Assembly (NCBI GenBank): GCA_002633005.1
Contig: NMRA01000280.1
Coordinates: 202,080-266,079 of the forward strand
Reading direction: 5' to 3'
DNA from: Phoronis australis
Taxonomy: Eukaryota; Animalia; Phoronida
DNA: 64,000 nt
This document shows, piece by piece, positions 1 to 12,000 of the stretch (positions are counted from its first letter, which is position 1; every line of letters starts with the position of its first letter). The translations under genes were made by a program, and so were the position numbers. Under the pieces are notes generated by a model, which saw only the letters and a list, made by a program, of their open reading frames with translations, did not search any database and was not told the origin of the DNA.

Positions 1-3000
1 CATCTACTCACAGGTAATGAGACCATCTGTGGATAGACTGGTCACTCACTCGGTGGCACACCTGCCTTGTGTCCCTTTGGCAGTTTAGTGTTATGGCTAT
101 AGTGTAGTTATGTGCGAGATAGTGATAGACAGTTATTTTGGCTCCAGATATGGCAAAGTTGATCATTGAGGGTAGTAAGTTATAGTAAAATTTCCTCAGT
201 TTCAGTCAAAATGTGGAGCAAACGTGTAATATCATTTTGATTCTTAAATTTCTCAACAAAAATAATCGTGAACAAACGTATATTCCTTTGTCAGCTTTGT
301 TTTTGTTGTGCATCTACAAAAAACCAACATTAGATATAATTTTGAGCATCTACAACAAAATAGTAAGCCGGGTCTTTGAATGAAAAATTTTAAAATGGCA
401 ATTGTAAGTTTTTGTCGCAAGTTTTATTGTACTGACAGAAATGAAAAGCTCTCATCTGCTTACTTTTCAGTAGGGATCATCAAACTAGTATTTGACTGGT
501 AAGGTTGTTTGCTTTCCTATCTAACACTTGTGAGATCTTGCCAAAATAGCTTTACCCTGTCTCATAGTCCCATGCAGCTCTAATTAAGTCAAAAGGAAAT
601 CACAAACTTCAACCTTGAAAAATTTGTTGGGGGGGGGTGAATCTTCTTGTTCAAGCAACCCACAAATGAACTGTATTCGATCTGTACGCAATCAACAAAA
701 GATTTTCGCAAAATATGAACCGAAACTGGACAGGTTTTAAAGTACATATCACGGGAGTTTTTGATGTTTTGAGTCTGGAGTAAATATCTAACTATGTCTG
801 AATTGGCATGTATACTTTCTTTATGCGTGGTAACTTGAACTTGTCCAGGAGCAGACCGTGTTTTTATTCCTATATGGATGAATCAACATTATCATGATAG
901 CGTCTCAATTCTCCCAGTCAACAAACTTGAGCAGCACTTATCAGTTTATCATTAGCCAGCAATGGAGGACATGTTTAATTTTTACGAGGATCCGGAGCGC
1001 TTTCAAAGTGAAACGTGCGATTTGTCTTTTGACATAATCAAAGTTGGTGTAGCTGAGCTAGTTTACTTGAGTGAAAATCTGGATAAAATGATAAGCTGTA
1101 TAATCTATTTGTTTCAATCGATCTTCTTTTTTGTGCTGGGAAAAACATTCTGAGAAATGTGGAATAATAACGCCAATGTAAACTGTAAAGGATTCCATGA
1201 TTACTCATTGACTATATTCTGCTTATGGTCTAACGCACCAGGTTGGTGTTTTTAGCTTAGTGGTAGCATTTGAGCTGTTTGCAAATAACAGGTGAGTGAC
1301 GGGACTTTCAGAAAGGCGACTGGGTTTGATAATGTTAGGAGCTAATAAACCATGTAATAAAATGCTTTTATGCGCCCACATATTTATATGTGGACGTATT
1401 ATGCCGTCATGTCTGTCCATCCGTCCAGCATCCGTCCATCTGGCGTCTGCTGCCCTATCTCCAAAACCCTTTGACGTACGTTCATGAATTTTGGCACATA
1501 TGCTCTTTTCATGGATGGGACGGCATGAGCGAACTTTCAGACGGATTCGACTACCGGTGTGCCCCCTAGTGGCAATTTTATTGCACTTACCGCTATATCT
1601 TCAAAGGTCCTCTTCGTATTTTCATAAAAGTTGCATATAGGCATCTATCAGTGAGATGATGCTATCCTTCCGTTTTCGGATGGATTCGATGATGTTTTCG
1701 CCACCTAGTGGCCATTTTTGCTGTTTTCGAGTCTGTTTTTTGGCATCCACCCCTCTATCAAACAAACCGCTCTAAGTATGATTGTGAAAATTGTCATGTA
1801 TGTTTTTACCATGTAGAGGATGGCTGAGGATGATTTTCCAATGATTTCATCAACTGTGACGCCTCCTAGTGGCAGTTTTGTTTTTTGTACCCATGGCTGT
1901 ATCTCCTAAACCGTTGATAGGATCTTTACTAAATTTAGCTAGTGTATTTTTGTTCATAACGGATGACAACAACTTTCGGACGGATCTAACTACCAGTGTG
2001 CCCCCTAGTGGCAATTTTAGTTTTTTATGTCAACCTCTGTATCTTCAAAGGTCCTCAACAGATTTTCAGAAAATTTGGAATATTGGCATCTATTGGTGAG
2101 ATGATGGTATCCTCCCATTTTCGGATGGAATCAAGGTATTTTGCACCACCTAGTGGCCATTTTTCTTGTTTTCAAGGCTGTTTTTTGGCGTGCACCCCTC
2201 GATCAACCAAACCATTCTAAGGATGATGTTGAAAATTGGCGTGCATGTTCTCAGTGTGAAGAGGGCATTTGACTATAAAGAATTCGACTACTGTGGCACC
2301 TCCTAGTGGTAGTTTTGTTTTGTTTTGTGCCCATAGCTGCATCTCCTTAACACATTGCATGATCTTTATTAAATTTAGTAATTGTATTTTTATGAAGCTA
2401 ACAACAGATGACATCTTTCATGCTGATCCAATGAACGATGTGCCCCTTAGTGGCAGTTTCATTTTTTCCCTTTTCCTTTGTTTCTCTGAAGTTCCTTGAC
2501 AGATTTTTATGAAATTTGGTAAATAGCTTTCTATTAAAGACATAGTTTCACACCAAAACAACTGCTTTTCAACTCAAAGAATAGCATTGCAGGAGCCCGT
2601 TACTTGGGCTAGTTACTGTCCGCACAGCGTGATTAATTAGATAAGCCCAGCAGTAATGACCTTCTCCGACTTCAGCCGAGTCAATTCTGAAAACAGACTA
2701 GGCGGTTACATAAGCGTCTGTGATGTCGAGTCCGGAAGACAACTGTGTTGTAGGAATGAACTCGGCTGGTAAACCGCAGTCACACAAGGTAGAAACCAAC
2801 ATGGATTACGAAAGCTTTAGCGACGAGTCTTCCAATTTTAGAAAATCTTTTGTGATGATGAAGCGTCGGACACAGACAATATGCACAACGACCATCGTGA
2901 GCGTGTTCTTGACAACGTAAACGGGCCCTGCAGGTTCGAACCAGTGCCTGCAAGTGTCCCAGTCGCTTTGGATGAAGAGACAGCGGCGGATCCCGAAGAC

Positions 3001-6000
3001 AATGACCGCACAACTTCCGACGTTTTATCATGTTAGGTAAATGGAAAATAAAAACAATGCCGCGAGTTTGAATGCGAATATGTTTATTTTCGATTTATTT
3101 ATAATACTTCAAGTTAAATAAAAAAGCAATTTCAAACATCGGGACTGGTAGACGAATAAACTGCGATATGCAAGACTATTTGCCGTTTTGTCCTACGTTT
3201 CTTGATTTGCGTACTAGGTTGAAAGCAAGGTGGGATAAGTTTTGTTGTAGGTTATGAATTGCAATTTGTATTTTATAACAAAAGCTTATTTTTGATTTTA
3301 TATCTATTTTAAGTAAATACTGAACAGAGGGGGGGGTCGAAACAATTAAAAGTCACCCGCACTCGAATTAATTTAATCCCCATAATGTTTATTTAATTGC
3401 AAAAATACGACAGGTAAGTAGCATTCAAGCAACTACACACAATTATGTTGCAAAAATCGTAATTCAAAAGAAAAGCGGCTTCCGACAATGTCCTTCGATG
3501 TTATACACCATTAGTAATGTTGTTCGCTTACTAGTGTGGCCCAAGGCCTATTAGCTTCCGCAAAGCGACAGCATGTACAGTTTTGAATATTATGTGAAAT
3601 TTCACTTACCTTGGTTTCCAACCATACTGCGATTGCAGGCTGTCGACCTTGAAACAGTCTGCAGAAAAATGTTTACTCCATATCACCGAATACGGCGACG
3701 CTCCACTAAATTTTCTCGTGGACCTCATGAAGTCTTCCCACTTGGGACGCAGTCTGGGGTTAGTGGGAAACCTATGTAATGACACCCCAGGACCAGACCC
3801 TGACACATTGTCACAGCCTCCAATCACACAACAGTCCGACATTGTTCTTCAAATTTTTAATCGAGTTGAAGTATAAAAATGTGTTTAATGTCGAAATAAG
3901 TATTCCAATTGGCACACAACAACAGTGGTACGTTGTGTGTAGACAGACAGTGCGAAAGACGTGTGGCTGTACTCGAACACTTTATTGAGGACTCATTGCT
4001 AACTACTGTGAAATGTTTATGGCAACGCACAAGACCATGTGCATATGTGTCACATTTCAGAGAATTAATTGGCAAAAGTTGCATAATAAACCCATTTTAA
4101 CAAACAGAAAGCTTCCATTTGTGCCAGATAGTCCCAGTACAAACCTATGGACAGACTCGGCAGTGATCGGGTCCGCTTCCGGACGTGATGTGATTCTGAA
4201 GATAGCCGAAGTTGAAAATTTCCTGTTCTCGAAATTTTGTGGGGAAGTGGGAGCGTGTTTTACACGAATAATAGAAGAATATGGGGTATGAAATAAAATA
4301 AATGTGGTTAATAAGCAATCTTTATTAACAGTCAGCACATGTGTATACATATTAACTACAACTAAATAGCTGTGAATCGACCTCTTTAAAGAAGCAATGG
4401 CATTTTCCCGTTTTCAGATGGATTGTATGTTTTTGTGTCATCTAGTGGCTATTTTTATGAAACAAATAAACAACCCTAGAAGCACACTGTTTGGTGCATG
4501 CGTGGGCGCATTTTAACGCTCCTCGTTGCTCTTGTTATATTAGTGTTGACCCCATGATTTGTACTTTAAAGAAGAGATTACATATGACTTTAATTTTAGC
4601 ACTTCCCATGTTTTCTTAGAAATGTGCATAGTTGATGTCAATTTTTGCCAGCAAAAAATGTTTCCATAAAGAAACGCAGTAACTTCACCGGCCCTTTTAT
4701 GTTCTAAAGTTTTGGTTTGTAGTGTATAGAAAATTTTAGCCCAACTCAGCACAAGTATATTTTGGTTTGTGTCGCATTACACATTTTCTGCTACGTGTGT
4801 GCAATGCACTACATTAGAATGTAATATTTTGGTTGAATTTTTGTAACAGTTCATGTTGACACTATGTCAACATTTCTTTGCCAATGAGACGTGGTGCTTT
4901 GTTTCATAAGACTTTACGAGTCTTAATTGATTCTGAGGAGAATGATGAGTATGAGGTATCTGAAAACACATCGCCGTCTAATTAAGAAAATTTTATGCCA
5001 TCTGCTCAGTTGACTCCTCTATTAAAAATAACTACATTTCCTTGCCAGGTTACATGGGTGACCCAACCTTCCTGCAGAAGATATGCGACGTAGTGACTGA
5101 CTTAAAAAGGATTAACCCCAAGTTAACATATGGTAAGTCAAGTGTCATGCTGTCTGTATTCACTTACGATTAATCTATAAAGGTAATGACGACTTTGGAA
5201 AGGTATCTGCAAAGAAATACACACTACTTTGGTTTAACTTATCTTTTTTCTTATAAGCAATGCTGCATCACAAACCAGGTCTAACTCGTTATCCATTTCA
5301 CCTATGGCCTGGGTGTCATCCTCACCCCCATCTCCAAAGCTGAATTCATAATACTTGTCAAGCTCACTCTCTGTAAGTTTTCGTAATTTACAGAATTACT
5401 ACTATCTGCCAAAGCACATATGCTGTCAACTGATAAACGTTTTCCACTGATGACATCACATGGCGGGAAACCAAAAAAATCGTAATTTTTTCTTTAAAAT
5501 TCAAAATTCCTCAATGTTCCTATAGTTAGGCTTTATGTTAGAAAATTATTATATACTGTCTAAAACCTCAAAAAGTGCAAGAATCTATTACAGGAGCACA
5601 AAATTGCTGTAGTACAATTTTCATGTTCTTTATTCCCAACAGTTTGTGATCCTGTGATGGGAGACCATGGCAAACTGGTGAGTTATTCTTTTAATTTTGT
5701 AAGGGAAGCCTTTGATTTATTTTTTGATAGAAATGCAAGTCACCAAAAATCTGAGACATTTCAATGTTAATTTACCTGGTTGTTATTAACTGTGCAACAA
5801 TAGTCGTGATATAGCTGGGGATTGGACACAGCAACAGTAGTTAAGTGATATAGGTGGGGACTGGACACAGACTGTTTTCGTCTTAGTTTAGGTTTCGTTT
5901 TTACTGAATTAAATGGAATGCAGAAACTGGCTGGAAATTTGACAGCTACTTTTCCGTCAGAAAAACTGTTCGATCGCTTAGAAGAAATGTATACAGTTTT

Positions 6001-9000
6001 CCACTTTGGGTTTTTGAGTATGGCTGCTTGACTCGATTGCTTTTGTCTTGGACCAGAAAATTCATAGTTGGTTCATCTCAGCTAATATGTTGTGTGAACA
6101 TTGGTTGATATTTGGTTTCTGAAGAAGTCAAAATGCATCTGCCCATGTCAATAACATTTTGTTAAGTTACCCATCATTTTGCTCTTAAAATAAAAATAAT
6201 TGCAGGTTTGGCACGCGTTGTAATAGACGTGCACATGCCGCGTGGGTCCATTGCACTGATCACCTGGACCCATTTTTATGCTTTATTAATATATATATTA
6301 ATATGTAGTTAATACGGAGCTGAGGAGCTGGAGACCTGACTCAAGGGTCTAGCAGTGTGCCGCAGTGGTACTTGAACCCACAACATTGAGTAAAGGAAGT
6401 GGACAATTATCCCACTAGACCACACTGCCTCCTCATTTTCGGAAAGGTTCGGTGTATTCTGCACCACCTAGTGACCAATTTTTATGCGCCCACATATTTA
6501 TATGTGGGCATCTGGCGTACGCAGCTGTATCTTCTAAACCCCTCACAGGATCATAATGAGATTTGGCCAATGTGTTCCTATGAAGCTGATGACGGATGAC
6601 GACAAGTTTCGGACCAATTCAACTACTGCTTTGCGCCTTAGTAGCAATTTTAGTTTTTATGTTTGCCTCTGTATCTTTGGAGTTCCTTGATGGATTTTCA
6701 TGAAATATAGCAAATAGGTTTTTATTAAAGAGGCAATGAAGCCCTACTGTTTTCTGATGGATTTGACATATTCTGCGCCACTTGGTAGCAATTTAAAAAG
6801 TGTTGAGTATGTCTTTGATGTTGGCTTTTCTATTCGCCATACTGCTCAAAGGATCATTATGATGAAAATTAAAAGATTTGTTCCTGATAAGAAGACCACG
6901 GCTGACGCTGATTTTTAGTTGGTTGCGACTACTGTGGTGACCACTAGTAGCAATTTTTTGTTGTTTTGCAACCTCGGCATATCTCCTTAACTCTGTTCAT
7001 GATCTTTGTTAAATTTGGCCGGTATGTTCCTTGGGAGATGATAACAGGTGACGACGAGTTTAAGACCAATATGACTACAGACGTGCCCCCCAGTAGCAGT
7101 TTTATTTTTTACATTTGCCTTTATGTCTTTGGAGTTTGTTGAATGATTTTCATTTAGCATATAGGTTTCTATTAAAGAGACGATAAAACCCTCCTGTTCT
7201 CGAGTGGATTTGATGAATTTTGTGTCACCTGGTGGCAATTTAAAATTATTTTTGGTATTTTCGACATTCGCCTTCCTATCCATCAAATCGCTCAAAACGA
7301 TCGTTATGAAAATTGGCAGATATCTGATGAGAAGACTGCAGCTGACACGCATTTTTGGACGGGTTCTACCATTGTGGCAACCCTTAGTGTCAATTTTTGG
7401 GTTTTTTTAGCGTCTACGGCTGTATCTCCTTAACTCTATGGAGGATTTTTGTGAAATGTGGCAGACGACAAGCGATAACATATGACGTTGATTTTCTAAC
7501 CAGTTTGATAACAGGTGTGCCCTCTAGTAGCAGTTTTATTTTTTACTTTTCCCTCTGTATCTTAGGATGGACTTTTCCTAAATTTGGCAGATAGGTTTCT
7601 ATTATGGTGGCAACTATGCCTTTTTATTTTCGGACAGATTCAATGTATTTTGCGCCACCTAGTAGCCATTTTTATGATTTTGAATATGTTTTTAGTGTCT
7701 GCTTCTCTATCTGCCAAACTTCTCACAGTATCACTAGGAATCATAGCAGTTGTGTTCCGAATGAGAAGACCATCGCTGACATTGATTTTTGGATGGGTGT
7801 GACACCTGTGACGTCTCCTAGTGGTGATTTTGTATTTTTTGCGACCGTGGCTGCAGGTCCTGATTTTTAGCATGATGTTTATGTATTTTTGCAGGTGTTT
7901 TTCTATAGATGTGATAATGGCTGCCCGTGACTTTGGACTGCTCTGACTCCTGCTATGGTCCCCAGTAGCAATTTTATTTTTTGTCTTTGCCTCTATATCT
8001 TCTGACTTCCTCGATGTTTTTTCTTGAACTTTGGAAACAGTTTTGTATTGTGAAGATGACAGCATCTTTCTAATCTGTGGTTTATTCGGCGTGTACTCCG
8101 CCTCCTAGTGGCCATGGCAATTATTTGAGTCTTCTCTTTTGTTGTCTGCTCCTGTATCGGCCAAACCATTCAGAGGTTTGTTATGAAAATTGGAAATAGA
8201 TGTGTTTCTACTGACATGAGCACCACTGGCATGCATTTTCAGATGGGTCCAACTATTGTGGTGCCCCCTAGTGATGTTATTTTTGCATCTTCGGTTGTAT
8301 CATCTGCCTCTCTATCTTTGGAGTACCTTAGCGGATTTTCATTAAAATTGACAAATAATTTTGTAATGGAGAGACGATAATGCTTTTCCAATTTCACACA
8401 GGTCTGACGTATTTTGCACCATCTGATGGCCATTTTTATGTTACTAAGAACACCATTAGGAGCACACCGTTTGCATTGCAGTCGTAGGTGCATTTTAACA
8501 TTCCGCGTTGCTCTTGTTTATAGTATTACTAATAAACATCCCTAGAAGCATAACATTTGCGGTGCAGTTGTGGGTGCATTCAGATGCTTTGCAGTGCTCT
8601 TGTTTCATATTGTAGTGCCATCTATTGGCTGAATGACTGTGAATGCTGACCATGCTAGGCTTTTAGTTAGCTTAATGTTAATGGGATCACATTGATTTTA
8701 TTTCTCATTTGAGCGTCTCATTTTTATTTGTCTTTAAGCAATTTCACTTCTTTTGTTATAATGCAAGTTACTGTTTGAGTTCGGTTAAAATGTTATACCG
8801 TTCTGTTATTGTCTGCTCAAGTCAGTAACCTCATATATAGTGTTCCATTTCCTGGAGCATTCTTTTGTTGATGAGTGATTAAATGATATATTGACCGATA
8901 ACTAATGATGCAGCATTTTAGTATAGCTAATCTCATACATAGAAACTGTGTGAGGAACCGCTCTCGTCACTTTAGTATACAAGTGGCTCCAAAACAATCC

Positions 9001-12000
9001 ATATTAGTTTCTAAACATTCGTACAGACATATGCTGTGAAGTTAAAAATGACAGACATGGTCTTATAGACAAAAGACTGACCAAATTAGTGTGCTTCCTT
9101 GGAAAGTTAAAGAGGCTATGAATTACAAATTTGTAAATGCTACATTCCTGAATATAAGGTGATAAATATTCCATCATAAGGTCACACAAGAATATAAGCA
9201 CGTTAAATTATAAGTAGAATTTTACAGTATGTTCTTGAAGGGAATTGGAAATAAATAGTTGGAGCTAAGATGTGTGAACAACAAAGATAGCTTTATTACC
9301 TTGATGCTGGCTATTATGGCATTGTTAATTGTTATGTTTTGTCACTGTCTCTCATGGAACAATTTGCTCTTCATACATTTTGCCTTATGACATACCTTTC
9401 TATGTTGTTCACATGACATTATTGACATAGTGCAAAATGATACAGTGCAACTATGGCTGAAATTTGGTGGAGCACACACTAACACCACATTTCTTTAGTT
9501 GATCTGTTCCGTGTCAACTGCGAGTTGAAAGGCGATACAATATCAAGGCGGAATTCATCATCTCCATTGTGTTTGTGTGTGTGTGTTACTGTGTCAATTG
9601 ATATTTTCCTTTGTGATGATGTACATAACCACAAGACCGTCCCTGATTACGCAGTTATATTGCCTCGTTTTGGAATGCCGGGCATGTTATCATTAGGTCA
9701 TGTCGGAAACCAAACTGTCAAGGTGTATGACCATGGAAGTAGCCCTGATTTCAACCGTTAAAAAATATTGGAATTTAAAAGGTATCTTCATGAAAGGGGA
9801 TTGACTGTTTGATTCAAAATTAACCCGATGGACTTGCTTTATCCACTTGCTCCATATTTTATAGTTTTTGACCATGTAGATTGATATCATGAAGGCGACG
9901 AACTTAACATCACGCATTCATGGATATTTGTCAAGTTTATCTAACTTACTCCCATCGGACTTGCAGCTCACAGCACAGCAGTTAATACTTTGTCCTTATT
10001 GGCAGGGTGAATAATCTAAGTAATGCAACCGAGAAAATTTTTAAGGAATATGACAACAGAAAATAACATGACATGGAACTCCAGTGGCCCAAAAACGAGG
10101 ATAAAAAAATGGTTGACGGATATTGTAGCATTGTGGGTAAATACAGCGAAATTCGAGTGTGTTATCCAGGATGGCCCATTGTGCTTTTTTTACCCCAGTT
10201 TCTGAGTAGATCTTGAGAGCGACCCTGACGTATATATCATCTTGCGGTGCAAGTGTCTGTTCACACTATGCTGTAAGTTTATGTCTCACTATAACATTTG
10301 ATGACCGTGTGCCATTATCTCCCCTTAGTATGTGCCCGAGTCCCTATTGCCAGTGTACAAAGAGAAGATTCTGCCCCTGGTTGACATCCTTACACCAAAC
10401 CAGTTCGAAGCAGAGTAAGTTGTTAGTGTACAATAAAATCTCACTGATTTAGGACAAAAATAACCGTAAAAATTACCCTTTTTTTCATTTTATAAACGCT
10501 TCTAGCATCGTTACGTATGCCCATAAATTTTCTATATATTGCCTTGTGGTAGCACTGACACAGAGTTTAAACGTGGAAAACATCTATTTGTTACTACATA
10601 TCCTTTTTGAAAAAGGAGAAAATGAACTTTCATTTATCCGCCATACTGTGTCCTAAATCTGTGAGATTTTGTCGTATCCAGTTGTATTAAAGATGCCGTG
10701 CAGCTTAACAGATTTTGCACTCAAAATTCTGATCAGTTTATTCCTTCTGAAATGGGTCTTCATATGAGTTTAGTCACCTCTTCAACAAAGCCTGATTGAA
10801 AACTCTGTGCTACTCAAATAATTTCTCTGTGACTGTATGTAAGGAGTAGTGCATTTGGTAGCTGGCAGTTTGAAGAAATCGTAGTTGTCTTTCTTTTGCG
10901 TCAATATGTGTGGTGACATTTCCAGGTTGCCCCAGTTCACTGCACACTGTGGCAAGTCTATACTTATTTGGCACAAAAATAATTGCAAAGGCTGATAGCA
11001 TCTCCAAATGATTGAAGAATTACTAAAAGTTGTGTTATGCCGTCTGCACAGTACAAACCTTGCTAGCAATGAATTAGAATTCATTTAATCTCTATTTTTG
11101 TGAAGTTGACAACATAGAATTTCACTTGTCGGCCATATTGTATACTAAATAAGTAAAGAATCAACGAAGAACATCTGTGACTGTTCCTATGGAGATACAG
11201 TTCCTTTTTACCCAAATTGAATTTCAATATTTGCTGCTTGCACTAAACGTAATGCAATTTTTTTCGGTTTTGGAATAGCGTGTGGTCATGTGCCCATCAG
11301 TGAAGAAAAGTAAAAGCTGAGGTTCTTCAAACTGTCTTCTTTCTGAGAACACTGTGCACTACTTCATCTAACAAGTGATGCTACTGTTTTGATAGTTTTA
11401 ATATTACTACATGGACTTTGCATTTAATATAATTTCAAAACACATTGATGATCACAGACGGTTTCAAACCCACACTTTGCTACAAACAATGAAAACCAAT
11501 GTAAAAGAAATTAGTCCCAAAAACTGGGTGCTTGAAAAGTGACTTAATTTCCAGATATTCTCAGCTTAAGTAAACACCCGGTTGTATTGCTCTTTGTTAA
11601 TGTCACAATGAAGGATCGATTTCTGGAGAGATCTAAAATTGAACTTAAAATTACAGTTGGATATGTTTTCAAGGTTTTGTATATGAGCATAATAGGTGAC
11701 CTGTGAAGAAATATTCCAATAGTTTAGGAGCACTTCTTCCTTATAAATGTGATATTTGTGTGATGCTGTTTGTCTAGGGCTAAGTGCAGCATCTAATTAT
11801 TAGCATGATCATGTTCACAAAATTTCTATTTTATATGACGTCAAAATCATGCTCAGTAGAAGGTGCCTTATGTGCGGTACTAACAACGCACAATTGAACC
11901 TCGTTCACTCTTCAGTTTTGCATGGGGTCGACCGCATGGTGGGGTCACGGGACACTGTATTTTCTAAGTATAAAAATAGTAATAGGTCAACTGGGTCACT

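Larger units (their letters stand above)
2538..4385. mobile_element. Kolobok-type DNA transposon, internal-deletion derivative
   Basis: TTAA at 2534-2537 and 4386-4389; imperfect TIRs AGACATAGTTTCACAC / AGAGGTCGATTCACAG (11/16); removing it restores a normal repeat monomer; carries THAP and KolX-like exon remnants. Confidence 0.8.
1366..4536 (+). mobile_element. DINE-1/Helentron-type non-autonomous element (HINE) with central tandem repeats, interrupted by a Kolobok-like insertion
   Basis: 5' T-run; subTIR ATGCGCCCAC (1370-1379) with an adjacent inverted copy; CCGT/CTGT-type microsatellite; ~147-bp internal repeats; 3' subTIR GTGGGCGCAT (4502-4511); small hairpin; CTCTTGTT end. Confidence 0.8.

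Noticed and set aside
1540-8440. Regularly spaced conserved motif resembling a CRISPR array
   Set aside because: The 'spacers' are homologous to each other, the context is a eukaryotic intron and there are no cas genes; this is a TE-internal tandem repeat
6987-8493. ORFs of 84-141 aa in the track
   Set aside because: They lie in the tandem-repeat array with no protein motifs; chance ORFs
9495-10205. Possible second DINE-like element (hairpin plus GT microsatellite)
   Set aside because: No matching subTIRs or second copy found in the window
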